Shown: positions 26,578 through 41,225 of the stretch, piece by piece
Position numbering within the stretch: the first letter of the stretch is position 1
How the letters are laid out: each line of letters starts with the position of its first letter
Origin: Callorhinchus milii
Lineage: Eukaryota
DNA: 64,000 nucleotides
Reading direction: 5' to 3'
Assembly (NCBI RefSeq): GCF_018977255.1
Contig: NW_024704742.1
Coordinates: 15,254,001 to 15,318,000, forward strand
Notes under the pieces: model-generated
What the model saw: the letters and a program-made list of their open reading frames with translations, nothing else
Databases searched by the model: none
Told to the model about the DNA's origin: nothing
Program-made: the position numbers and the translations under genes

Positions 26578-27869
26578 GTCACGGTAAATACCTTAACAAA
26601 ATCCCTTTGATAGAATTTATAAACATTACAAGCGGTACATTAGTTTGTGGAATCATCTGCCATTTAAATTGCAATAAAATCGTAAAGCTACTTATTAAGG
26701 AAGTGGCATCTTTATTCCAGCCTCGCTGTGTAAAAACCTAACAATTAGGCTTTGAGAGACAGAACTGTATTTGAAGGTTTGCAAAAAAGTTTTCACAAAC
26801 ACATGGGTGAGTCATTAAAGAACGACACTTCTATCCATGGTAAGTTCTGTAGGATGTCTTTCATGGGGCACAGTGGGAGAAAATAACACTTTTTCCTTCT
26901 AAAATGCATATTCAAAAGGATACCATCATCTCAATTATCTAAGATACAATGAAGTTTTCAATCATACCATTAAATCATTAATGTTTATAACAGTACAATT
27001 CCATTGAGGTCTATCTAAGTATTCTCAGTACCTCTGTGGAGACACACTGTAGATGTCTTTATCAATCACTGCAAATCCGACCGAACGTGCAATTAAATTT
27101 GTGTACTAACCAGTGGGTGATTGGGGGGGTGGGGTGGGGGTTGAAAGGGAGAAACAGAAGCTACAAGTAAACAGAAAGACATCTATATGACCAGAGGTTA
27201 TCAGGAAGAGTCAAATCAAACTTAACCTTGTACAGTTAAAAGAATAGACCATTTTAACATTCTTAAATAGCAACAATTATGCAGCTCCAAGATTCTACTT
27301 TTGGCACCCACACCACATGAAAATTATGTCGTGCTGGTACAAAATGACATCTCAAGTTTAATTAATTTTGAATAATCTGGACAGCAAATTAAACTTGTGT
27401 TTAATTATGCAGAAGACATTCCAGTACATCGAGTGAGGATGTGAAATGCTGAGCACATTAACTTTCTTACAAATTTGGCAATCCATTTGTAAGCACGCAG
27501 AATATATCCTGATATTACAGTTATTGCTGTATTTAATCTTATTTTTCCTATGACAATTCATGACCTTCACCAAGGCAATTAATCCTCCACATATATGACA
27601 TTTGGATAGGATAGTCTCAAAACTATATTCATAGTTTTAGCCTAATTTTATACCAAAGTTTACTTATTTTATGAAATTAGAGAGCTGAAGGTTTACTTCC
27701 TGCTAGATGCTTCCTCTCTGGAGAGCGCTGACTGATAATTATAGAACTCATCAGCTTTATTTTCTAAATGGAACCAATAGTATCTGCCAATGTAGGCATT
27801 TGCTTCTTTCAGCCACAAAACACTAGATAAATGCATTAGAAAGCCCATATATCCATATGTGGCTTTCGC

Positions 27870-28185
27870 CTCGATTCATGGATGGGACAAAACCTTAGGC
27901 AAATTTCTTTACCCTACACACACTCCTCTGTTTACCAAGCAGTAAGTAGGAACCTGGTTGTTAGTTGATTGGTGGATCACTTTCCAGGGGTAATAAACCC
28001 ATCAAAAAAAATTATAATTTAGTTACTTAATTCACGACTGTTTGTGAAACACTGCTGTACCCAACTGGCTGCCGCATTTCACCCACAAAATACACAGTAT
28101 TACACTTCACAGTATATTCTGTGAACCACTTTGAGACATCTCAATTATGTGATAAGGCACTATATCAAATGTAAGAATTATTATA
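27870..28185 (+). mobile_element. SINE family A
   Basis: ctctgtttaccaagcagtaagtaggaacc body and shared tail. Confidence 0.82.
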
Positions 28186-28469
28186 TGGGAACAGGATATT
28201 TTGATCTGCGCTACCTATTAGATGGTTGAGAAAACACCAGCCAAAGTAAAGGCTCATTCTTTGGGTACAAGAGTGTGATACTCTATATGGTTCTGACAAA
28301 GTCATTGACCAACATACAAAGGGTTTCTATTTGTTTTATCATCAAGATAGCTAAAGGGAGCTTCATACTGCGTCAGCCCCATGCTGCACCTATTCTTAGA
28401 CTGCACAATACTAGTCAGTTTCAAGTGAGTCCTCTCATGGACTTGGTAGTCCAATTGCTGAGCCAAGCA

Positions 28470-28890
28470 AGTCTGTTATACACCAGTGCAGTGCTGATAA
28501 TGGACCAGACAGCTGGCTCATTGGTAGGTCTTAGAGTGGCTAATCTAAGGCAGGGATTCTTCCCACTCAGCTCCTTTTAACCATGCAAACCAAAGCCCTA
28601 CAGGTACGGTTTCCTAACTGGACAACCAGTGGGGAAGCTTGCTGGACAGTGCTTTCAAAGGCAAGCTATGTGGTTTTAGCTTGCTAAACTGCAGCTGTAC
28701 CCAAATCCACATCTCAGGGGGTCCCAAACCTTGGCTCTTGTGTCCCTCCAGGGAGAGAGTGAGCATTATACTCCAGACACAGGGAAATTTCCATGTATGC
28801 ATGTGTGGAACTCTCAGTCTGGTCTGGATACTCCTAATCATAGTGATGGGTTTCTATGTGTGTCAAATACCTGGCCGCCAAACAAAATGC
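28470..28890 (+). repeat. Family X copy
   Basis: ctggctcattggtaggtctt...gcaagctatgtggttttagc...gtgatgggtttctatgtgtgtcaa. Confidence 0.8.
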
Positions 28891-29829
28891 CAGTGGAACT
28901 GACACGTTATTATAAATAACAGGAAATACAATAGATAACTTCTATGCTCTATCGTATTAAGTGATGTGAATTTGGGGTTAAAGTAACTGTTGCACGCCAC
29001 CGGTATTTACTTTTAAAAATGTTCCAGCACTGGTGACCTTAACTCTAAAATTCTGCATGTTGTTCAGGCAGACAATCCCCAGTAGATTAATTACTTCCAA
29101 CAAGAGACATCTGCAGCCCCTCCAGATAAACCTACAATGCAGCATCTTTGAAACTGTTCAAGCGTTCATTTGTCTCAGCCCAGAATGTCAACTTTAATGT
29201 TGCATGATAAATGATACCTGGAACTATCACGGTGTAGTAAGTAAACTAAACTGGAAATATTTCAGGGGTGCTCTGCGGCTATATTGTGAAAAATGTGCAG
29301 TCCGCTGAACAGCTTGTGAAGGTTCATTTTACTATGCTCTGAGGCATCGATCATAGCACTTCGTAAAAATGTCACCTCTGTGTATTCAAATGAGTCAATC
29401 AAACCACAACAAAGTCCTTTAATTTTGTTTTTCCTACTATTGCTGAGAATGTTTTACTGTTTTCACAGAAGCTCGGAGTTTGATTCTCCTGCAGAGTTAT
29501 CCCACACCATTTTGTTAGGCTGTTTTGCTCAGCGCAACAGATGAATGACAGTAGGCATGTCATTATTGGTGAAATACCTAATACTATGCAAAACATGGTA
29601 GTGGGAGAGGAGTTTCTTTTTTTCAAAATTGAGATTTAAAATGATATTTTCAAATTATATTAAATAAAGTAACAAACCTTAATGATACTCCACTGGTCTC
29701 ATTTGAAATTGATTTTGCAATAAAACGAGAGAGGTTTGTTTTGCTTAACAGGCATCAATTTGGATATGGATGTAAGTGAAGGACAAAAGTACTTTGAGCT
29801 GAGCTTTGCAATGCAGAGAGTAAATGATC

Positions 29830-30627
29830 AGTCCCGCTCACTTAGTACCACCTATCCCTTCGAGTCAGAAGATTGCGAGTTTAAAATCCCTGTCGTAACT
29901 TTAAGCTCATAGTTCAGGCTGACTCTCCAATACAATGCTGAGGGAGTACGGGTTATTGGAGGTGCCGTCATTAGGATTAGATATTAAACCAAAGTCCCAT
30001 CTATCTGTTCAGCTGAACATTGAAGATTGTAGACTATTCAAACGATAAGTGTTTTTTCCCTCGGTGTTCAGGTCAACAGTCCTCCACAAAATTGGTCATT
30101 GTCTGCACAGCTATTTCTGGGACATTGCTATGCACAATATTGGCTGCTGTGTTTGCCTACAAATACACAGTCACTACAGTACGGTAAAATGCCATGAAAC
30201 ATTTTGAGATGTTTTGATGTGATAAAGCATTATAGAAAATGTAAGTATTACTATTATAATTATTACTCACAAAGACCAAGCTTACACTCCAATGCAGCAC
30301 TGGAAGTGTGTTGCATTGTCGGAGGTGCCATCCTTTGGAAGATATGTTAAACCAAAGTCCAATTTATCTGTTCAGGTAGCTGTTAAAGATCCCATTGCCG
30401 TATTTGAAAAGAAAAGGGAATTTCTCCCGGTATCCTGGCCAACAATCCTCCAAATAAAATTGGTCACTCGTTTCATGGATGTTTGTGGGACACTCTTGTG
30501 TGAAATTGTGCTGACACATTCGCCTACAAACACATAATCACTTCATTTGCCAATGAATCCTGAAGGCTTTGAGATGTACTTCCGACATGATAAAGCACTA
30601 TACCAAATGCAAGGATTATTATTATTA
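29830..30627 (+). mobile_element. Two tandem SINE family B copies (about 29830-30260 and 30280-30627)
   Basis: Each has the ggaggtgcc...ttaaaccaaagtcc...ctgttcag core and shared tail. Confidence 0.8.
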
Positions 30628-31139
30628 AATGAAAGCTAAATTGTAATTTAAATTGTAAAAAGTGTGGGAGCCACTCATCAGCTTTGGAATGACAATCATC
30701 TTGCTCGTCATTTCGGGCTCTGAGACACTATCCTACATAAGGGTGCTATATTAATGCAAGTTGTAGTAGTTGTAGTTTGACCAAGCTTTCTGGTACACTC
30801 TCCAAACACCCTCTGCCTCTCACCCTCGCTCTCTGGTTTCAAAACTCTTCCGAAGACCTACATCTCCAATCACCCCTTTGACTATCTCCCACTTTGATTG
30901 GGTTTTGATTAAGCACTTTGAGAGTTCTCCTATATGAAGGATGGTGTGCAAGTTAGTTGTTCTTGTTGAAAGGGACAAGATTCAGAAAGCCACAAGTGGT
31001 AAATCTCAGACTGCACCTGCACCAAAAATATTTTACACCAGAATTAAATATTCTGAGCATCCGTTCCCCAGTGTCAAAAAAAAGTACTTATACCTTCATG
31101 CATATGATTTTGAATTTAGAAATTCCTTCAGTATTGACT

Positions 31140-31572
31140 ACTACTAATAATAATCCTTGCATTTGATACAGTGCTTTATCACATCATTGAGACGTCTCAA
31201 AGCGCTTAACAGGATATGTAAAGTGGAGTGTCTGTGCATATTGTGGGCGAAATCTAGCAGCCAGTTACATACAGGAACACCCCACAATCAGCCATGGAAT
31301 AAATAACCAAATTTACTTGGGAATTGATGGCCAGGACACTGGGAGAAATGTCCTTCTCTTTTTGAATTGTGCCATGGGATCTTTAACAACCACCTGAACA
31401 TTCTCAGGGACCTCAGTTTAACGTCTCATCCGAAGGACATGATCTCTAAGAATGCAACACACTCCCAGCACTGCACTTGATTGTCAGTTTAGACTATATA
31501 ATTCCATGTGGGATTTGAACCCACAACCTTCTGACTCAGAGGCGAGAGTGCTACTACTGCACCAGGCTGACG
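31140..31572 (-). mobile_element. SINE family B
   Basis: gtgccatgggatctttaac...tttaacgtctcatccgaag core; head gatttgaacccacaaccttctgactcagagg. Confidence 0.82.
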
Positions 31573-31679
31573 TACTAAGATTTACCTATAATAATAATAA
31601 TCCTTCCTTTCTCCTAGACTTGGCATCAAAATCTGCAACTGTTAAACACTCTGAGATGCTGCCAATGTGAAGTTTATAT

Positions 31680-31990
31680 AATGATAATAATAATCCTTCC
31701 ATTTGATATAGCACCTTATCACATCTTCGAGATGTCTCAAAGCGCTTCACAGAATATACTGTAAAGTGAATTTGATTGTATATTTTTGTGGGCGAAACAC
31801 AACAGCCAATTGCGCACAGCAGTGTCCCACAAACAGTCACAGATAGAAGTGATTTTAAGGAATTATTACCTCCGGAAAAGCAATCCACCAATCAACTAAC
31901 AACTGGGTTCCTACAGTAAGGAAACTTGCCCAACATTCCTCCCTGCCCAGGAATTAAACCTAGGTCTCTTGCTGAGCTACAGGACTCCAC
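31680..31990 (-). mobile_element. SINE family A
   Basis: Head ...gagctacaggactccac and shared tail. Confidence 0.85.
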
Positions 31991-32784
31991 AATATCTATA
32001 TAATCCACAACTATCTATATAAACATAGCCATTAATAGGCTGCTTCAATTTGTTGCTGAATCCATAATGAAGGGGCATAAACATAAGAAAATTAGTAGCA
32101 GATCTAAAAGGGTGGTTAGGAGGAACTTATTAACTTAAATGGTTCTGACCACTGAGTTACAGGACTCTACCAGGCACAATATCTACACACGTAAAACTGG
32201 GTCATGGATCACAGTTTTCGATCAGCTAAATAGATGCTTTGATCTGAGTTCTTTGTTTTTTTGTTTAAAGTTGTTTGTTTAAAGTTGTGTGCTGGAAATC
32301 AAATGTCTGACCTGACTTCTATGAGATTGGATTGGTGGGGGTGGAGGGAGGAGAGGGGGGGGCCTCCAAAAATTTAAATAATTCTAACCAAAAGCTTTAA
32401 AAACCTCTAAATTTAAAATGTTAAGACTCCACGTACAGAAAGAATAATGAAAGATAGAATGTTTCTCTTGTTCCACCTCTGAATATCTGAATATGATCCT
32501 AGTCAGGTGGGAGCACTGAGAATGTGTTGTAGGAAGAGATCAGACAGCTCAGAGCTCCTGTTGTCTTTCTTTCTATCGTTTCACTTTCAAAGCATGAAAA
32601 TCGATTGCAATTTTGTATTTTATTTGGCCTTCACATCATTTCAGAACTGCTCTGCCATTATTCAGCGTGAAATAATCGGAAGCTGATCTGCCATTTGATT
32701 GATCTCAGTGGATGAAAGGTACAAGCACCAGGGCAAAGATCGGAGACCTTGAAATTCCACATAGTCTTTCGCTATAACACCAGT

Positions 32785-33004
32785 GGGGAGAAATTCCACT
32801 TAGGTCTAGATTTACTTGTTTATACAGCATTTTTAAAGCATCCAGAATTTAGCAAATTTTAAAATACGGTCGCAATTCTGAAGCTATTTTTCTTTTAAGA
32901 ACTCAAAATAAAATCAGCTTCGAAATTAAGAATTTAGCAATTTGTCAATCTCTAAAATTCTACCCAAACAAAATTAATCTAGACTCAGGTAGATATTTCT
33001 CCTC
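32785..33004. mobile_element. MITE-like element with imperfect terminal inverted repeats
   Basis: Left ggggagaaattccacttaggtctagatt; right reverse complement gaggagaaatatctacctgagtctagatt. Confidence 0.7.
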
Positions 33005-33204
33005 AATTCTGTCTTAAAATTGAAGATTGCTCAGAATTGGTAGAATTTTTTTAATTTCATTCTTCATTCGGAATCTGTTTTTCTGCACTTTTTAAAAAGG
33101 AACCAGCTTCCAAATTAAACTTGAATTTAAGAAATTTCCACCATTTTGATTGAGCTGATAGCTTAAGACACAATGGTCTGACAGACTAAGACAAGGTGGA
33201 AAAT

Positions 33205-33339
33205 CATGTTCTGACGAAGGGTCGTGGACCCGAAATGTTGACTCACTTTCCTTTCTCCATAGATGCTGCCTGACCTGCTGAGTTTTCCCAGCTCTCTGTT
33301 TTTGTTTCAGAATCCAGCATCTGCAGTATTTTGTGTTTT
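33205..33339 (+). mobile_element. Solo Penelope terminal repeat, inverted relative to 33638-33776
   Basis: ttctgacgaagggtcgtggacccgaaatgttgactcactttcctttctccatagatgctgcctgacctgctgag is the reverse complement homolog of the element end. Confidence 0.85.
33207..33245 (+). ncRNA. Minimal hammerhead-like motif (second copy)
   Basis: tgtt CTGACGA a gggtc-gtg-gaccc GAAA tg TT gact. Confidence 0.55.
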
Positions 33340-33447
33340 GGAAAATCTTAGATTTGTATAAAGCATCGAAAGACGTGAATATGCTCTCAACTCCTATCCA
33401 CAAATTTTGATGTGAAACTCAGCTTACAGGAGAAATTAACATAATAG

Positions 33448-33467
33448 TGTGTGTGTGTGTGTGTGTG
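33448..33467. repeat. (GT)10 microsatellite
   Basis: Directly visible. Confidence 0.95.
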
Positions 33468-33637
33468 AAGGAGATGCTAACCATTGTGGTCAGTTTTCAT
33501 GTTGTTTATCTCAATGCTGTTGCTCATGGCTGTTATTTCTAGTTCACATAACTGTACTTTGCCCATTTTCACACGGATCAGGAAGTTCCTATTACAGATT
33601 CTGCATTTATGTTCTGTTGTAATATACTCTATTAATT

Positions 33638-34372
33638 AAAATACAAAATACTCCAGATGCTGGAAATCTGAAAACAAAAACAGAAGTCGCTGGGAGCACT
33701 CAGCAGATCAGGCAGCATCTATGGAGAAAGGAAAGTGAGTAAACGTTTCAGGTCCATGACCCTTCGTCAGAACTGGGGCATGTCAGGAGCGAGAGGCTTT
33801 TAAGGGTTAACAGAGAGGGAGGAGGCAGGGCAAGGAAGACAAAGGAGAAAATGGGATAGAGGACAGGGGATGATGAGTTAAAGAGGTGGTAATGATGCAG
33901 AACAAAGGGGGGAATTTGCAACAAAGCGGGGGAATAGAGTTGTTAATAGTGCAGAACAAAAGTGGAGGGAAAAAAGAACTTACAACAAAACAGGCAGATC
34001 AGGGAGAGAAAAGGTGTGTTTGGGACCGAGATGATGTGGTATTTGTCACAGAAGAGGGGGAGGGGGAAGGTGAGCTGTTATGGTCTGAAATTGTTGAAAT
34101 CAATATTGAGGCCAGAGGGCTGTAAGGTCCCTAGCATTCAGATGAGGTGCTGTTCCTCGAGCTTACGCTGTGGCTCATTGGAACTGTGTAGGAGACCATG
34201 GATGGAGAGGTCAGACTGCGAGTGGGAGGGAAAGTTGAAGCGGCAAGAAACCGGAAGCTCAGGGTTGAGCTTGAGATGTTCAGAGTGTTGGAGGTGTTTG
34301 GCAAATCGGCCACCCAATCTGTGTTTCGTCTCCCCAATGTAGAGGAGACCACATTGTGAGTAGCGAATGCGG
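33638..34372 (-). mobile_element. Penelope-like element 3' part: GIY-YIG endonuclease remnant, pyrimidine-rich 3' region and terminal repeat
   Basis: ORF 34138-34452 includes [20 protein letters not shown]...PVSCRFN...RKLEEQHLI, typical of PLE GIY-YIG domains; followed by the ctgacgaagggtc...gatgctgcctgatctgctgag terminal repeat. Confidence 0.88.
33737..33775 (-). ncRNA. Minimal type I hammerhead-ribozyme-like motif in the Penelope terminal repeat
   Basis: Minus strand: cagtt CTGACGA agggtc-atg-gacct GAAA cg TT tact, giving the CUGANGA and GAAA cores, stem II and palindromic AAACGTTT. Confidence 0.6.
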
Positions 34373-34710
34373 ATTATTATTATGATTATTATTACTATTA
34401 TAATAATCCTTGCATTTGATATAGCTCCTTTCACGTCTTCTAGAAGTCTCAAAGTGCTTCACAGAATAGACTGTAAAGCGAATTGACTGTATATTTGGGC
34501 GAAACATGGCAGCCAATTGCGCACAGCAGTGTCCCACAGACAGTCGTGGATTTAAAATGACCAATTTATTATTGTTTTTGTTTTTTTGGAGGCATTATTA
34601 TTAGGAGTGTGGAGTAAGGAAACTTGCCCAAGGTTTCGCCCTGCCTGGAATTGAACTCAGGTGTCTCGCTTGCAAGGCGAGTCCTCTAACCACTGAGCTA
34701 CAGGACTCCA
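34373..34710 (-). mobile_element. tRNA-derived SINE family A with L2-type tail
   Basis: Head gtggagtcctgTAGCTCAGTGGttag...GAGTTCAATTCC (Pol III A/B boxes); tail ...ctatatcaaatgcaagg(att)n. Confidence 0.88.
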
Positions 34711-34954
34711 CATTACTATTGTCGGCACAACCTATAATGTAAAATGCCCATAGGAATAGCTCATGTGTGCCAACATTGAAAAATGTTGTACTGGATGAAG
34801 CACTGCTGCAATCCTCTTAAAATGCCTGCCTCCTTTGCTGCGGAATCTACAAAATAAATAAACTAATTCTACAGCACTGGGAGCCAAGGAGATTACAAAC
34901 CCACTGTATTTGAAAGTGGTTCTGACATATAAATATGTCTATTGTCTGTAAGAG

Positions 34955-35250
34955 CTAGGTTAGGGCAAAACCTTTGGCAAGTTTCCTTCATCCATACACC
35001 TCTGTTTACCTAGCAGTCAGTAGGAATCCAGCTGTTAGTCAATTGGCGGATTGCTTTCCAAGGATAATAATCCCTCGAAAAAAATTTGGTCACTCAATCC
35101 ACAACTGTTTGTGGGACAGTCCTGTGTGCAATTGGCAGCCGTGTTTTGCCCACAAAATCCACTTTACAATATATTCTGTAAAATGTTTTGAGAACGTCTC
35201 AATGGCATAATAAGGCGCTATATCAAAATCATTGATTATTATTATTATTG
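34955..35250 (+). mobile_element. SINE family A
   Basis: Shared body and tail; inverted relative to the 34373 copy. Confidence 0.85.
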
Positions 35251-36319
35251 TACTAACAAAACACAAAACAAAAACAGTGAGGATGGAACAAAAACAATTC
35301 TAAAAACACCCCAAGGGACCTCCCTTATTATCAAGTGAAACCAGAGCTAAGGCTCTGAATCTACCAGAGGTAGTTTCCTGTCTGGATTTTAGATGCTGGT
35401 GCTCCCTTAGGGTACACTGTACTCAAAACCTTTCAAGCACGAACTATAGTGAAAATAAACAATGGAAGGAGTGCCCTTGTAGAATTACATGCGATTGAAT
35501 ACTGGGTCCACCATCTTCTCTGTTGAAAAGTATCTATTGAGTTCCAGTTTAATGTAATGTAATTCGTTGAATATGGTTGATGTTAAAGAATTTGTTTTGT
35601 CTAAAAAGCTACATTTCTGTTTTTGTTTGACAAGAGTAGAGAAGATTTTATAATGTACAGAAATCTCTAGGATAAACCAATTTTTTGCTGTTTCAACTGA
35701 ACTACTTCAATAGATCAGAGGTTAGCCACATGAATGGCTGAGTTTGGCAAACAAAGATTTGGCTGGTGCCAATGAGTCTTACACCTCTAACTGTACAGAA
35801 CATTAAAAATATGTTCAGTGTTGAAGTGCCAGATAAATCTTGGCAGCCCTGTATTTCACTAGGTAGTTTCTCAAAGTAATATCATCTACTTTATCGTGTA
35901 ATTTTAGAAATGGTTTTAACGAGTGCTGTATCTGAATAACATGTTAATAAGACTTTTCTGTTGTACTCAAATTTTGCCTTCAGGGCAGCAAATTGGACTG
36001 GGCTCATTGCCTGAAAATCCCAGGATGACGCAAGAATATGGTAGAAATGACCTGAAGACTGAGGAGCTCAAAGACGGCAAGCTGTGAGGCAAGTTACTGT
36101 GAAGAAACCATAAGAAATTAGCTTTTCATAACCATGAACATATCAAACTGGTCATGCAAGTCTGTTACTTTCACCCTTTACTTCGGTATATGTGGAATCA
36201 CATAATATAATGGAAACAGATTTTTTTCTTAACAGTTAGAATTCAGATTTCTACATTTTAACCTGATTATTTAAGTTATGCTATTTTGAGTGTTAGTTTT
36301 TACTATTTATCTGCGTATT

Positions 36320-36957
36320 GTCAGCCTGTTTCAGTTGGTAGCATTCTCACTTCTAAGTCAAAAGGTTGTGGGTTCAACCCAGAGTGGGCTGACATTCCAA
36401 TGCAGTGCTGGGAGAGCCAATCTTCCTGATAAAATGAGACATTCACTTCATGGCTAAGTGTGGGCAACTGCTATGTATAAATTGGCTTCTTCGGATGAGA
36501 CGTTAAGATAAGATCCAATCTGCCTGTTCAGGTGGACATTAAAGATAAATGTTGGCACAAATTAAATGCAAGGATTATTAAGATCCCATGACACTATTCA
36601 AAAAGAGAAGGGTCTTTCCAGGTCTTTAGGTCAACAATCCTCCAAATAAAATTGGTCACTCACTCCATGGCTGCTTGTGGGGCATTGTTGTGTGCAACTG
36701 GCTACTGTGTTTCACTCACAAAATACACAGTCAATGCACTTTACAGTATATACTGTGAAGCGCTTTGATATTTATCAACGATGTGAAAGGCACAATAAAA
36801 TGCAAGGATTATTATTATTAACTCTTTACATCAAATACAGCACCTCAAATAGTACAGACATGGAGCGCCAGTCAAGAGTATGAGCTCACATCTGGTGTGG
36901 GGTTTTGACTCACAACTTTGACTCAGAAAAGAAAATGCTACCAACTGAGCCAAAGTG
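36320..36957 (+). mobile_element. Rearranged SINE family B copy followed by an inverted SINE B head
   Basis: Deu-like core with internal insertions; reverse head at about 36870-36957 (gctaccaactgagcc). Confidence 0.75.
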
Positions 36958-37451
36958 AAATTAAATGCATTCTAACGAAAATCCTCTGGCAATTTTAACA
37001 AATGCATCAACAGTGCAAAATACTGGGGTCTAACGATAGCGTTACATTAGAAGGAGTCATTCATAGTAACCTCTCCTGGTAACTGAAGGTGAGTCATGTG
37101 GACCCAAGGGAAATCTGTGATCTTTTTCTGGTTACTAGAATTCCCACAGGTGGGCATTACTCTCTCCCAGTTGTGAGGAAATGCCACTAGCAGTTCTGGC
37201 CACGAACTGCCACATATTAGGCCCAGTGCAATTTAAGATTCTCCTTGCAAAGAACAGGATGAATATCCCAGTTCCGAGCTGACCAGGTGTCCCTTTTGTA
37301 GAAAACAATGAGCCAACCAGCTGAATGTGACTGGAGTTGGGCCGAACATTCAGATAAACCTGAATTCCAAACTTGGATCAGCAGGACAAAATTCAGATTG
37401 GGCACAAGTGAAAGAGTCACAGCGCTTCAATTAATGGACTACCACACCTAC

Positions 37452-37612
37452 CTTTTTATGACTCTTTAACACGGAGGGTGTCACAAAGGCTTTGTCACAC
37501 AGATCACATTTGTATTTCTTGTGCCCATCGTGCACCACTTGAATGTGAACGTTTAAAGTGTCCTTCCTCTTGAATGTTGCATCACAGTGATCACATTTAA
37601 AGGTTCGCTCAC
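37452..37612 (-). CDS. PRDM5: PRDM5 internal coding exon (exon 12 equivalent), two C2H2 fingers (S)[53 protein letters not shown]
   Basis: Acceptor ttgtccag|GT, donor AAG|gtaggt; 161 nt, phase 1 to 0, in frame with the previous exon. Near-identical to the vertebrate PRDM5 peptide. Confidence 0.95.
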
Positions 37613-39901
<2,289 letters not shown>

Positions 39902-40989
39902 TTACTTGTTGATCTCTGCACCTGTTTGTGGTCCTGTGAAANTTTTTAGTTTTTTTCCCCATCAGGATTCGTAGTTAGTGGGTTCAGCTTGAATACAATT
40001 TTATCCAGTTTCTGGTATTACTCAGATCCCAATGCACTCAATCATGAGAATGCGAAAATGTTCTCTATCAGCGTTGCGTCTGTGGCCTCAGGCACAGTTA
40101 TTGGCAATAGAGTTAGTATTGCGTTCTGTCTCGGAAGTTTACTTGATGTTGCTTATTTCTTCTGCCAAATCCTGAACTTAAAATCTGTGTCGACTGCAGA
40201 CAATTACTGAGTAGAAAAGACTGTAACCATTGTCTTAATAGTCCGTGACTTTTGAAAATGTTATAAAAAGAAATCTCAGAAGTCAAAGTCAAGAACTACA
40301 TGTTTTGCCCACATGGTCTTCCTCTTTGTGCTAGTCCTTCCACGACTGAAAAGGTTAAAAAGCATTGGAATAGAGTTGCTCTGGTCGAATCCTGATGTGC
40401 TCAATCATTGAATTTTCTTGAGCAATTTAGAAAGTCATTTCACCAAAACATTAAACTATTCTAGAATACGAAGAGATCATTCAGCTCATTGAAGCTAAAC
40501 TAAGCTATTATGTTATCCACTGGAGCTAGTGACTATAATCCCAATTGCCTGTTCTTTTCCCATATCCTTTTATACTTTTCATTTTCAAATGTTCATCCAA
40601 TTCCCTTCAAATGTTGTAGCTTTCAGCCTCAACAGGCACAAAGCATTCTGTAGTCTCATCATTTTCTGCCATATAAGGTTTCTTCGAGCTTTGCTTAAAA
40701 CACATTCAGTAACAATCGAGTTCTTACACCGCTATATTTAAGCAGTGGGAATAATTTTTCACTATCTATTCCATAAAAGATTTCAACATTTTTAAGACTT
40801 TGTTTCAAAGAATGCGCAGAAACAGGCCACTCAGCCCAACCAGCACAGTGTTGGCACAAGCTAGGGGAGTTGAGAGTGGGGAGTCTCCTCATATGTGGTC
40901 CCACAGTATTTATTTATAACTTTTCACTTTCAGGCCAAGTCAAACTAAGTAGGAATTCTGAATACCCGGAGTCTGGTAAGACAGGGGTT

Positions 40990-41225
40990 TACTGTACATC
41001 CACTGCATTTCCCTCGTCTACTTTATTGGTTACATCTTCAAAGAATTCAATAGGGTTGGTCAAGTATGACCTTCCTTTCGTAAATCCATGCTGGCTGTTC
41101 TTAATTATTTTCTCCTTTACACATGACTAGTTACTTCATCTTTCATTATGGATTCCAATACCTTGCCCACAAATGACATTAAGCTGACTGGCCTGCAGTT
41201 TCCTGGATTAACTCCCTCACCCTTT
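40990..41225 (-). mobile_element. CR1 LINE RT fragment
   Basis: Minus-strand translation QHGFTKGRSYLTNPIEFFEDVTNKVDEGNAVDV, a classic CR1 RT motif. Confidence 0.88.

Larger units (their letters stand above)
15462..37451 (-). other. PRDM5: PRDM5 intron (about 22 kb)
   Basis: Between the GT donor at 37451 and AG acceptor at 15462; the peptide is contiguous across it. Confidence 0.9.

Noticed and set aside
29830..31990. Regularly recurring repeats resembling an array or CRISPR
   Set aside because: A cluster of diverged SINE copies in mixed orientation, with no constant repeat-spacer period.
34640..34710. tRNA gene
   Set aside because: The A/B boxes are a SINE head joined to the repeat body; no convincing cloverleaf.
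39942..39942. Single N base
   Set aside because: Assembly ambiguity, not biology; it might hide a small gap.
40940..40997. Possible Tigger/pogo terminal repeat (ggggtttactgta)
   Set aside because: Only one short end seen, no partner TIR identified.
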